NCBI GenBank assembly: GCA_964016885.1
Contig: OZ024741.1
Coordinates: 360,158,001-360,222,000, forward strand
Direction of reading: 5' to 3'
DNA from: Eledone cirrhosa
Lineage: Eukaryota
Length of the DNA: 64,000 bases
Shown here: positions 1-14,100 of the stretch, in pieces
Numbering within the stretch: the stretch's first letter is position 1
How the letters are laid out: every line of letters starts with the position of its first letter
The notes under the pieces: model-generated
Databases searched by the model: none
What the model was told of the DNA's origin: nothing
Seen by the model: the letters and a program-made list of their open reading frames with translations, nothing else
Translations under genes and position numbers: made by a program

Positions 1-250
1 GAATGAGAGAGAGAGAGAAATAAAAACGATTAATGAAGGTAGCAATTTAATTAAACAGGAAAAAAAAAAAGGATTTAGTTTCTGTATGAAATAGAAGTCA
101 TTAAACAAGTGATTCTATTCACCTATGAGTAAAGACAAAGTGTGCTCCAACAAAAAACTGTGACGGAACGGGGGGTGGGGGTCAGTTATGGTGTTAATTG
201 AGTCCGTTAGAGAGAGCGACCAACATGCTGTTTGGATGAGACACCTTTAC

Positions 251-592
251 CCCTAGTTGATTTAGTATTCGTTGCTGGAGTGTTGTTCTTAGTCCGACCA
301 CCAGAGGGTGCTGAAGCAGCAGTTGCAGGAGAAAGAGGGCAGGATGGAGACGTACTCCTTGGTGATGGAATACGGCTACGAATAGTGGAAGGAGCTGACT
401 TTTTAAGTTTAGTGCAGCTGTTTTTACCATATTTGGAGAGAGGCTTTGGTGATGTGCACCGTTTGACCGGGCTTTGCATGCGACCAAAGTGCTGGGCAGA
501 CATATCAGCAGGCGAGCTTTGGGCCAAATCCATTGTTGACCAACTTCGGCGAACAGGACGTGTAGGGGTTTGACTCCCAGATCCAGGCTTTC
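251..592 (-). CDS. MAPKBP1: MAPKBP1/WDR62 Ser/Pro/Thr-rich exon: [23 protein letters not shown]...KSTR
   Basis: Lies in ORF 207..635; ctattag acceptor (phase 1). The donor AGGG|gtaaag is inferred; read-through would stop at 207. Confidence 0.72.
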
Positions 593-788
593 CTAATAGC
601 AGGTAAAATTGGCAACAGTGATCAGTGCTATACAAGGAAGGATTGATTAAGAAATAAACAAGTAAAAAAATTTTTTTAAAAATAATTTTGAAAAAAAATA
701 CTAAGATAGAAAAATAGAATAACTTATAAATTCAAGGCTTTCAAAGAGTGATTCTGAGATTTGTAGCTTCCATACTGTGTACAACTTC

Positions 789-820
<32 letters not shown>

Positions 821-1241
821 CACGGGCACACACACACATATATATATATATATACATACATACACACACATATACAGACATATATACACATATATACATA
901 CATATACACACACATACACATGCTTACGTGGGCCCTCATATTCGTTGAATTCCACATTGGAATTTCACCCTGGAACTGGATATTTACCCAGACTCTACTT
1001 GAACATCTTTTCAGATCACTGGATTTTCTCATTGCTTTTTGCTTTACACCAATATACCACAACTCACTACCATTGCCCAGTCTCCTCTATCTTTCTATTT
1101 CTTCTTTAATTTCTCATTCTATTTTCTAATGAAGAACTAGCATCCAAAATGTTAAGACACTTTTCCTACTATATCAAGCGTAAACCTAATATATTTCTTC
1201 TTTGTACTGTGTCGTTTGCTTTGTTATTTCTGTTTGCCTTT

Positions 1242-1336
<95 letters not shown>

Positions 1337-4300
1337 ATATATAATTAAAGGTGGATCCCCGATGGGGATTGGGAAATGACCAGAGTTAAAAAAGGTACTC
1401 AATACATAGGTAGAGTATAGGCATTTTTATTTTATGTAGAAATAACTCCTACAGGACTAAGACTGTTTCATTCATATGAATGAAACAGTTCTAGTTCTCT
1501 AGAAGTCATTTCTATATAAAATAAACATTTAAAATGGTTTTTACAAAATATGTTCACTTTTTTTTCAACCAAGATTTTGAAAAACAAAAGAATTACATCG
1601 ACATTATGACAAGAGTCAAAATACATTTCCTATACTCTCACTTTCAGATAGATAAATCTTGGGTCTTCATAAAATACTAGAAATAAAATTCAGCTGAAAG
1701 AAGAAAACACAATTAGGAGGGGGGAAAAAAAATCAAAGGTTGATGATTAAAGATTGAAGTCGGGACTTAACAGAATAGCTTAGCCTTTTCTTCTCTACAA
1801 GACTGTCATATTGCATCAGACATTAAACTATTGAATTTCATAAATTCACATGAGAAAATCTGAATTATTGATGGCTGCTTCCACCACTTAAAATTAAATT
1901 AGTTACAACTGAGGAACTGTCTTAGAACAGTAGTTTCCAACTTGGGGTTTGCAGTCACCTTTATAGTTAACAAAGGTAGTACTAGAGATTCATGAGCCAT
2001 GTTCAAAATTTTATGTACCTTGTCAAAAGTATATTAGGCACATGCTACTAAGCACCAATCTTTTTCTAAGTATCTCTCTTTCAATACTCATTATTGCTGT
2101 ATAAAAATTCGAGTAGGGGGAGTAATTGTAGGAGAGGTCCATGGAAAAATTCATTTAAATAAAAGGGGTCCTTGTTAGTGGAAAGTTTGGGAACTACTGG
2201 TTGAGAACATACATTGCTTGTCAACCATTTAGCATGAAGTAATATTGAATATAATTGCATTATTTTAATCATCTGTTTGAAGTATATTTTATTTAAAAGA
2301 ACATTAAATATACTTGCACATATAGAAATGTTTGATGCCATTATATATTATGTGGGGTGGGGTAGATCAGATCAAGGAAACTATGTTTCCGTTGGTCTTT
2401 CCATTACTGATACTATCTGTCAGACAACCATTGGCAATAGTGTCACTGCTTTATCAGTGACAGAAGGTGAGATTTGAATTCAGAATGCACAAAGCCAGAA
2501 CAGATACTGCAATACGTCCCACCCAATTCTTTAACAATTCTGCCAATTCACTGCTCTGGACTGATACTTTATTTATCAACCAGAGCATTGAATTAATTAC
2601 TTTCTGGAAAAGAACTCTGAGGTGTTTAAAATAACAGATTTGTTTAAACAAATCTAGCAAGCCAGGTTTTGATTTTAAAACATAGTGTCTGAAACAAACC
2701 AATTGATGAAGCTGACAGAAGGGGATAATATCCTTGCAAATGAAAAGGTTGGGAACTACTCATCTAAGATATGACAGACAAGAAAAGCTGTATTTTTTAA
2801 ACAAAGAACTGGTAAACCAACAAAACATTTTGAAAGCCTGACAATAAAAGACACATATATACATATTTATAAACATAAATAATAAATTTATACAAAAAAG
2901 CTTACAATAGTTCATGCCAACAACATATGAGAAATCTAAAGATACGACAGCAGAATCTGTTGATTACACTTACAAATTGCCAATGGCCAGGAGCTGCCAC
3001 CAAATTCCAATGGCAAGGTTAAATCTAAAAACAGATGTTCAAATCCCAAAATGTAAAATACTATTTATTACTATTCAACCCTTTCTACCGAAAGACACTT
3101 AATATGTTTAAAATAATTCTTAAAGTAATCAAGAATTTGTAGCGATTTGGTAATATAGCTTTCTCAGAATTACACTGGTGCCTGGAGCATAACATAAAAG
3201 TTCTTGTGCAAAATTATGGACAAAAGTTTTTAGATAAATACAAACACTTTAAAATAGCATTGTATCATAGAACTAGGGATGGTTTCAGACAGTTTAGTAT
3301 CTAAAGGGTTAACATAATAGGTTGTAGGTCCAGATTAGATATTCAATATAATTACTTTATTAAAGTTCCTTGCCATATATAAAGGTTGAGATGAAATCTC
3401 AAAAACTGTGTGGCCATAAAAAAATGATGGATCGTCTGTCAGTTTCGACAATGAGCAGTCATTTGATCAACTAGACATCTGACTTATAAACTAATGTCTA
3501 AGTGGTTGAGTAGTCCACATATATTCCGGAGTATTCCATGTACTCTTAAGCAGAATCAATGTGACAGAAGGCTGGACAATTAAATTACAGGTACAATCTA
3601 TTTATTGAATATTTCACACAAGTGTACTTACTCTCAATGTAATTTTCAGGTAGAATCAACGTGATACAGTATGTGACAAAGCTGGTCCTTTGAATAATAG
3701 GTACCATCCATCCATACAGTTGCTGTCTGCTCAGTTTCACTGACATGGCTTGGGTCAACACAAGGATATGATAAAGACACTTTTCCCAAGAAGCCATACA
3801 CTCAGATTGAACCTGGATCTCAAGGTTGTGAAGTGAACTTCTTAAATATACTGTCTGGGGTCACAGAGGAATGAAGTTTAATTTAGGGGGCAGAGTCACA
3901 TTGTATTTAAGAAAAGGTTTCACATGCAAGCAGACTAAAAGTGTTGGTGTCAGGAAAGGCATCCGACTATTAACTATTACCTCAAAAATTCCCATCCAAT
4001 CTATGCCAGAATGAAAAACTTGGTGTAAAAAAGAGGAATTGATGATATAGAATTTAACCTGATATCTAATCTATTTCTAAACCCAGTAATTAATTCTTGT
4101 CTTTATCTATGTCCAGTATACAACTAACTTTTCCAATACCCTATGTCTAACTATAGTTTATTAAGCAGAGTTGAGAAAAAGATCAAACAAAACTTACCAA
4201 TATTATCATGTCCACTTCGACTGGAACTTGATCCACTTGATGTTCGTTCTCGGTGGCTGTTTAACCGATCAAATGCTTCTTTATCCTAGAACAGTTTCAA

Positions 4301-4584
4301 GACAAAAATCTCAAATTCAAACAACAAAAAGCCATTTAGTGTATCTGGAAGAAGTTTAGCAATTAAAGAATTTTAAATTAAAACAATTATTTGAAATATG
4401 CAGATCAGCTAATCTGAGTGGCACTCTCTATTGAAAAAGATTCTTTAGCTGGTTTCAGTTATTAGAATGTAGCCAAGGTGAGACACTACCTTGAAGGGAT
4501 TTAGTCAATCATATTGACCCCTAAGTACTTATTTTCTCACTCTCTCTTGTCCAACTGCTAAGTTACAGAACATATAGTGGCAGT

Positions 4585-4618
<34 letters not shown>

Positions 4619-7600
4619 CAAACTTCAACAGTTTCCATCTACTAAATTTCACTCACAAGGTAATAGTCAACCTAAGGGTATAGTAGAAGAGACTTACACA
4701 AGGTGCAATGTGGAGGGACTTGTACCTGAAACTATGTGGCTGCAAAGTAAACTGGATGGATAGATGGATGGATGGATAGACAGACATTTCTATCTAGAAT
4801 TTAGAGGAGTCAAATCTAAATATTTTTCTCAAACTATGACTTCCTTTTGTTAAGACAGTAATTATATAGTGACAGCAATAGGATAGAGAGCTACATTAGA
4901 AAAGGACAGAGGTTGTCTTTGATGTTAAATGGCAATAGATTGTTAACCCTTTAGCATTTAAACCGGCTGTATCCGGCCAGAATTCTCTCATCCCTTTCGG
5001 TTCAAACCAGCTACTCATACTTATGTTAAGGTATTGTTCTCAAAATAAATAATATCAAAATCTCATTGATTCAATATTATGTGTAATACAGTGTTTACCG
5101 TGAAAATACAATAGTAAATAGAGAGTAATGTAAATGTTAAACCAAGTCTTAAAATTATTACAGTAATGAATATATCATATCTACAATTCATCACATGGAG
5201 ATTAATAAACCTTTTCTGTTTTATCCAATTGATTGTGTCTCAAAAAAGAAAAAAAAAAGGAGCTGATTATCAGATGGGACCTAAGAAACTATGTTTCCAT
5301 TGGTCTTTCCATTCTTGATACTATCTGTCAGCCACAACTCCTGGCAGAAAGAAGCAGGATTTGGACTCGGGATTCATACAGTTTGGCACTTTAACAATTT
5401 AACCAAACCATCATCAGTGGAATGGTGCCTTATTTATTGACCCCAAAATGGTAGGTAAAATTTAGCTTGGTGGGATTTGAACTCGGAGTACAAAGTTGTA
5501 ACAAATACTAAGGCATTTAATCCGATGCTTTACTGCCTGACAATTCACTGCTGTTTCTCTCAAGAAAACTCATCCTAATTGACCAATGATGGCACCAATT
5601 TTCAAATACTCAATCCCTCTAATATCTAAAGCAACAAATATAGACAAATAAGAAAGTACAATGATTTAAAAAAAATTATCTATAATTATTGTGGTTTGAA
5701 TGTTTTTTTTATTGAAATATTTCATCTATAAACTAGTTTCTAGAAGCAGCAAACATTCTTCAAAATCACTTATATGAGCCACTGAGGGAGTGCCTACACA
5801 ACTATTTCGCCTGCTAGAAATAGCAGTCAGCTCTCCATCAAATTTCAAATTACTGTCCATAAAAAGTGTCCATGTTTAGGCAAAAAGAGTTTGTTATAGT
5901 TGGAACATGTGTGATGATAGGTCTGACCTACCAGGGCTGAACAAAGGCAACAACCCTCCACATTGTAAATTTTCCTATAACTAGAAAAGAAAACAAATAT
6001 TTATACTTTATTCAAGACCTAAGTGAGTGCAAGTTTGATGAGGAACTTAAAGATATACATACCCGGGTACGTTTAGGACTAAATTCGTTAAAGTTGATCT
6101 TCCCTGCAAGTGGTTCTTTAGAAAGAATCTCTGGTGAGGGTGCTGACTCACTTTTCCACCCCAACTAAAGAGTGAGGGAAACAAAGTTTTAAAACAATCA
6201 CTGTTAGTTGGAAATATAATACAAATAATTTAATTAGTATTTAATAGGTTAGAGAAAGAATTATAAATAGGTCATTAGAAAATAAACAATGTGATAAATA
6301 ATAATGAAATACAATTACAAAATTAACTTAAATGAGAAGCAATTCAGTTGTGCTACAGTGGTGTACCCCCGATGCTATCTTCCTGGTGAGACACCCATAG
6401 GCATTCTTAGCTAACAAGTAAACCACTATATCAAGCATTCATTGGCTTGGAGAAGACTTTTGATAGAGAACCATGTTGTGTAGTTTGGAGGTTGGTAAGA
6501 AAACTAAGTGTAGATGGTTGGCTTCTAAGAGACACGCAAGCCACATAGAGATACCGTCAGCAAGGTGTTTAGTATGCAGGTAAACGATGATGATGATGCT
6601 GGTGTAGGTGTATACCAGGACTTGGTACAGCCACCTCCTGTTTATTATAGTCCACTAGGTCATAAAAAAGGAGTATAAAACCAGCTGACCGTGGGAACTC
6701 CTGTATGCTGATGACCTAGATCTCATAACTGAAGATTTAGAGAAGAAATCCCAAACATGAGGACTCAAAGTAATCCTAGTAAAGACAAAAGTTTTAGTTA
6801 GCAAGAAAGAAGAAAGGACTACTTCCATTTGAGAAGTGGCTTGGCTCAATGTGCAAAAAAGTGTTAGACAGGAATTCCATACAATTAACTCAAGATAAAC
6901 TAAAGGTGCAGTAAGATCACAGACAAGTTGACAGAGAAGAAAAATTTTGTATGTGTCCAAGGCACAAACATAGATAGCATACATGTGTGTGTGTATGTCA
7001 AACTACAAACACATACCAATATATGTTGCATTACTGTATTTAATTCATGATGATATGCAGTTAAGATTAGATGATATATACAACTATAATACTCATTTCA
7101 TAACAAAATGTCCTGAATATTATACTTTGCTTGTCGAGAGATTAGAAACAAAAGAAGCCATAATGTATTTATAATTTATCTGAAAGCAAATCTACTGTAT
7201 ATTCCACCTTGCAAAGGAAATCAATTTCGTGTTGTACTAAAATAACTTCGAAATAAAAAAAAATGTAAAATATATACAAATATACACAGATGAAAAAACT
7301 ATATATTTTTGCCTGTTTTCAAAATCCGGCAGTTGCAAGAGCGGGAGGGATTGACAGTTGCATCGACAATTGTCCCCCTTGCTTCTGCCAGGTACCGCTT
7401 GGTGGCGTTACCTGCCAGTGTTATTCATAGCTATGGCTTTCTAAATGTTTATTTTTAATCAAACTGTATTTCTTTAGAAATAATTTTATAATATGAGTTG
7501 GTAGATCTAGTAAGTTCTTTGTTAACTTCGGTGGGAAGAATTTTAAAGATTCCTGGTTAACTTTCTTGCATTCATCGGTGGTGATTGTCAAACTAAAATC

Positions 7601-10600
7601 AGGTTGTGTTGTGATGTGTGACTCTATATATAAGAGATTTGGATGTGTGTGGGGTGTGGTGTTAATGAGTGTGGGAGTGAAGGAGTGTTGATGAAGATTT
7701 AAAGGAATTAAAGCACACACACACACATATATAAACACAGAAAATGGTGAAGGTCGACAGCAAGATAAGAGTGTTTAAGGAGGCTGTAAAAGCCCCCCCT
7801 CCCCCATGAATATGTATATATATATCTATCTATCTATCATAGGGCGGGTAAAATTCCCGAGATCCATGGACGAGTTCTCTCCAGTGGTCTCTGTCCCCCA
7901 TTATTGCTGCCATGTCCTGTGTCTCCAACATATATATATATATATTTAAGGCACTCTGTGTGTGTGTATATATATATATATAAGGCACTCTGTATATATA
8001 TGTGTGTGTGTATATGGAGTTAAATATATATACTTAATAAACAAAATATATGCAACATAATGCTGAGGGAGGAAATGATAATATTAAATATAAAATAAAT
8101 ATATTAATGCAAGATATAGGTTAATGGGAAGATAAGTAACAACACATAACAGATACAACAATTAATTATTCACAGCAGCAAAGATATTCATAATAGCAGA
8201 ACCAGGAAATTATAGATTATTATAAAAAAATATACAAATTAAATTATTGATAACCTAGGATTTATATGTTGCAGGCTGCTACAATACTTCTTGTGCATTA
8301 TATAACAGAACATGCTGTTTTCCATTTAAGTTACATTTGTAGTATAGTTTTGTTAATATTAATTTTACAGGTGGTATCTTGGCAGGATCAGTAGAGAGTT
8401 AGATAACATCCTTTGTAGTATTTAGTTACTCCTGTTACATTCCATTCTCTCACACTCTATCCTTCTTTGGAATAAATCTGCTAAATTCAAACCTGCAGAG
8501 GATTGAGCTCTGCCAGGTTTTAAAATGCTCTAGAAATGCTGTATGTCTCCCTCAGGAGCTATGGGTTCATGCATGTTACATTCTGAACTCAAATCTTGCC
8601 TATGTCAGCTTTAGCATTCATCCTTGCAGGGTCAATAAAATAAAGTACCTGTCAAGTACTGGGTCAATATAATTGACTATAACCCCTCCACCAAATGCCC
8701 TTATGTCTATGTAAGAAATCAATATTAACTTCAAATGCTGCCATGGTAAACTTTGCTTTTGATCTTTCCTAGGTCAATAAAATAAAGTATCAATAAAGTA
8801 CACACTTGTACTTGTGTCAGCGTTCACCCAGGTTAAGTGGACACCAATCAGTGAATCTACAGCATTGTAAACTGAAGCTACTCATAAACAGCAATCACAG
8901 ATGTCCAACTTGGAAATTGTCAGCCAGTCACAATTTCAACAATGGTGTAAACAAGTACTGTAGTTACTCAACTGTGACCCCAAACTTGAAGAAACATTCA
9001 AATAAAAATGCTAGTAATCAATATCAGCTTATATGGTCACTAAACTAATAGATTACTAATAATTCTCATGCTTTTTCTCTTCTGTTACAGTCTTATTTTG
9101 TGATAATAAATTTTGAATCAACAAATACATGTTTAGATATTTTCTACTAAATCATTACAGAAAGTTAAGAGTTTAGGACATTTTCTGTTAGATTTGTTAC
9201 TGAAATAAGCTGAGACTATGGAGCTTGGCCAAGTGATTGGTAGTGAGAAGAGAACCACCAGCTATTAAGAACAGTTTCTGTAGAGGTACATATAATATGA
9301 GATATTTCCCAACTAGAAGAGACTGCAGCCATAAGAATTAGTGAAACCTAGTATCTACTACTTACTACTTCCAAGTTCTTTTTTGTGTCAGAAGCAGCAC
9401 GAGCCATGATATCTTTGCTTCTTTGCAAAGGCTGTAAAGAAGAACATGCAGGTGTAAGAGGGATAAAATCATGCAGGTGCAGGAGGAACACAAAGGAAAA
9501 AAAGGGTCCAAACATTTAAGGTTTCTTTTTTATTGATATTTTAACTCTTAACGTCCTTTAGCACATGAAACTGCATTAGCAAGACATTCTTGAAAAGTAC
9601 AAATCAGTCATATAAGTGTATCACATTAAAAATTTAAGTTTTTACTCTAATACAGCAAATTTTTATATGATTTGTTTAGTAGTAAATATAGAATAAACAT
9701 TTTAATTAACAAACACAGTTTTAGATATTTTTTGCTAATGTTAAGAGTTAATTTAAAACAAAAAAAAAAAAAAAAAAGAGTGTGAATATTTAGTCAGTTC
9801 TTGGTTTCATTTTCTATAAAATACAAATTTGTTTTAACCCATATCCAAATGGCAGTGACATCTATTTTGTAATATAATAATAGCCAAGAGACTTACTCAA
9901 GAACACAACTATGTAACAGGCATATGAAACTACACCTATCAATGCCATATCCCAACCACCTTTTGCTGTCAGATTTTGATGACGATGAAATGAGGAGGTG
10001 GTAGCAGTTAGGCAGGTGGTGGTGATGGTGTTTCAGTTTACACCTATGTAGGTTTAGCTGGCCTCATCAAAGGAGGGTTCTCAGGTGTTTTAACAAGACA
10101 GACCCCACCAACCTTATTACCCGCTTCCCCTGGCTAGATGCCAGTCCATTGAATGGGTTGACTTCCAGCTGCTGGTGGTACCCATTTGTATTTTTTCTCA
10201 GCTGAGTGGACTAGAGCAATGTGAAATGAAGCTGGGTCCAGAAATTAAACCCATAACCTTATGATCATGAATCCAAGACCGTAACCACTAAGCCATGGGC
10301 CTAGGAGCAAAGAGTAAAATTTAAAAAAACACCAATATATTAACAGGAAAGAAACATGCGAAAATAATTGAAACTTCAGTTGGAACAAGAAACAGAGAGA
10401 AAGGGGGGAGTTTCCCCATGCAAAATTGGAGGGGATAAAAAATTATTGGAAAACAAACCTGTGTGCTTTGGCGAACCGACACATTTGATTGGTTATTGGA
10501 CAGGGTGAGAGAAGGAGATTGCTGCAACAGATATAGCTACAATGTGCAACAGACTGGCTGTGATAGTTTTACAACAACAACATACAAAAACCTTTAATAA

Positions 10601-11134
10601 ATAGGGCAGAAGAAAGACTTATCAGATTGAAAGTACAAAGGAAAACAAAGGCAAAAACAGATAATGCATGCACACAGTTGATCTACACTCCACTAGATTT
10701 TTCAGAGAAGAAAAAAAAAAAAACACACTCTCCAATCTTTCTTCTTCATTTTCAAATTCCTCTTGAAAGTCCCTTGCCTAAATTCTATTTTATTTTTAAC
10801 AATAATAATATAAAGACATGCATACACACAGCAAATTTCAATGTTTCTTTCTGTCTACCAAATTTACTCATAAGGAATTGGTTGACCTGGGATTGTTGAA
10901 GAAACTTGAAGGTGCCATGCTGTTGCATTGAATCTATGTGATAGAATGACAGACTAAATGCCTTATTATATCTCATTATGTCCTCAAGTTCTTAGAAGTA
11001 AGGGTTGTAGGACTGACTTAACAGTGAAAAAGAAAAAAAAAAAAAAGAAATGAAATCTATTCCTATTAAAAGCTTTTGAGTATAAAACTTGGAAATTTAA
11101 AAATATTTAACAAATATAAAAACTGAAATCAAGG

Positions 11135-11170
<36 letters not shown>

Positions 11171-14100
11171 GAAATAAGGACATCATCAAAATAGGGAAAA
11201 AAATTCAAAAAAAAAAATTTTAAATAGGGGCAACAAAATCAGAAAAAAATTAAAATAGGGGAAATTTAAAACAAAGGCAACAACAAAACAGGGAAAAAAT
11301 AACGGAAATCGACCTATTATAACAACAAATCAGAGAATCAATGAGGGATTACAAAACCCAGTGAAATGGACAGCTGGAATAAACAAAATGTTGCTTAATG
11401 GCATCAAGTTGATGCCTATGAAAGAAATCAATACTTACATCATACCAGTTATCTTGTCTTTGAATACTATTATAGAGAGCAAGGTTTCTGGAAATATCAA
11501 TGTGATGTTTAAGAAAACATGCAACAGCAAATGGCAAACATATAATTCTATTATTATTTGACTGGTTTCAGTCATTAGAATGTGGCCATGCTAGGGCTTT
11601 ACCTTAAAGAGATTTAGTTAATCCTATTGACTCCAGTAGTTATTAAAATAAAAAAATTGCTACTTATTTCATCAATTTTTTTTATCAAATTGCTAAGTTA
11701 TGGAAAATAAAGGCATGCATGTAGATATATATTGCTGTATGTATCCAGTTTAGACTAGGTACACCATAGCCTGTGTGTTGTAAGAGGCAACTAAAAGGGT
11801 TGGTACCAGGGAGGGCATCTGGTCATAAAACATTACTTCAATAATTACTCCATAAGTATGAAGCCTGTCACGGGGCCCTCCACATGACTGACCCCTGCTT
11901 TAGCAAGAAAAATGGCATTAAATCACATGTACACACACAATAGGCTTCTGCAGTTTCTGTCTACCAAATTTGACTCACAAGGCATTGGTCAGCACAAGGC
12001 TACAGTAAAAGATACTTGCCCAAGGTGCCATGCAGTGGGTACTCAGAATCACCCAATCAAATTACAAAGCATTACCTATATCAAGCAAAGATAAGTGAGT
12101 TTTCCATCAGCACTATTTATACAGCTGAACAGATTTATAAAATAATTCAGTCGCTACAAGCCTCAGGGGCCTTGTCTTTCCCCTCTCAATTAAATAGTAA
12201 AATATATTGGTAGAGTTGTTAGAACATCAGATAGAATGCCTTGCAGTATTTGTTCCTGCTCTCTGAGCTTAAATACTGCAGAAGTCAACTTTGCCTTTCA
12301 TCCTTTTTGAGGTCGATAAAAAAAGGACCAGTCTAGTACTGGGGTCGTTTCTTCCTCTATATCTCTTTCTCACTTCCTCTCTCAATTTCTATCCCTCTCT
12401 AGAAGAAATCTGTTGTAATAAGACTTGGAGAGGGATGGGCTCCATCAGGCTTTAATAATTCTCAAGAAATGCTGTATGCCACTACAGTGTCACTACAACT
12501 CCATCAGGAGTTATGGGACCATACCATACTGTATATATATATATATATAAAATGGATATATCAATGACAAACAGGGAACTTACTTGATTCCGGACGGCTG
12601 AGCTCTTGATAAGAAACGTGCAGATATACTGAGTCGGGGTGTACTACTATTCAAATGGTCATGCATTTCTTGTTCAAGGACATCAAGTTTCTGCAGGAAG
12701 CAGTCAGTATTTGGTGTGAAGCTCAAACTTTCAAAGTTATCTTCGACAAAAGTCTGGAAAGTGTGAAAAACACAAAAACAACAGGAATCAGACACCATTA
12801 AAATCCTCACCCATCTCCACCACCATGCAAATAGAGATCCTAAGGAAAATTTGTGCAAAAAGTAAGAAAGTGTCAGAGTGACAACTCCGAATGATATCCC
12901 TTTCTTAAGGATAATATGTAAAATTGTTAAAAAATCTCACCTGCAAACACTGCAATTTCATAACTGATGAGTTGAGTAAAAATACAAACAAACCTACTGC
13001 ATGATGTGTGCATTGTGTTGTATATGTTTATATGTGAGTTGATTGTATAAGTGTAAATGGACAATTAACTGCTATACAACCAGAAAGGGCAGAACACTAA
13101 AACAAAGACAAACAAAACTGCCAAAAACCATATAAAGAGCATTACATTTTTAGGTTGATATATCAATCACGTAGTGCTTTTAGCTACAATACTGACTGAT
13201 ATATTGGCATTGCTGTAAGAGTTAAGGGGTTCGAGGCAATCAGACATGTTTATATTTGCAATTGTTATTTCTATTTACAGCAGAATACAAAATATCATGA
13301 ACATATTTCAACTGGTATTTGAGAATGGATAGGGTCACTCTTTCAGGTCAATTACATCTTGTGAGAGGTCAGCCTGTTGGTAACAGGGAGCTCGATTTGA
13401 ACTCAGAATACACAGAGCCAGAATAAATACCACAAATCCTTCAGTGCAATACAATGATTCTGCCAATTCACCACCCCTAGATTGGTTCTTTAACAACCTT
13501 AAGAGGATAAATGGTAAAGTCGCTCTTGAGATTTAACCCTTTCATGACCATATTTCTAATGAAATACTATTTCAATTAATTAATTAATTAATGAAGAATT
13601 TTTAGGGATTTAGTAAAATTATTATTTATTTCATTACTATGTAACTTAACATATGGCTCTTATATAAAATAGGTGGTTTTGATTCATAGAACCAGAGTCA
13701 ATTTTGGGTGAGTTGGTCTCAACGCAGAAGGCCAGAACAAATATGGTGTCATTTAATCTGGTGCTAGAATGATTGGCAATTTGTCACCTATGGCTTTATA
13801 AACATTCAGAAATAAAGGTTAAACAGTTTAGGTGCAGAGTTAATTTGAACTAAAGGTCAGTAGTTCAAATTAACAGAATCTTTTCATTGAAACCCCATTG
13901 TTCTATATGCCAGTCTGCTGAAATTAGGCACCACTCCCATTTTACAACTGAAGGTCTCAGTGTAAGGAACAGCATCCAGTTCTAAAAATAACTATTCCAC
14001 AAATTTCATTGGTTCTCCAAATCTTAATTTATAAGATCAATCAATTAATGCTTGCAAGGAAAAACAAAGAGATAATGATCACATATCTGTAAATTTTTTA

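Noticed and set aside
232-573. Plus-strand 113-aa ORF
   Set aside because: It is the antisense shadow of the GC-richer MAPKBP1 exon.
701-1379. ORFs rich in YI/CV/HT repeats (also 15391, 17268, 46574, 49349)
   Set aside because: These are translations of microsatellites.
10887-10933. Possible exon on the minus strand
   Set aside because: The donor is weak (gtcaac) and the phases do not fit. Exon 11439-11487 already provides the required phase change.
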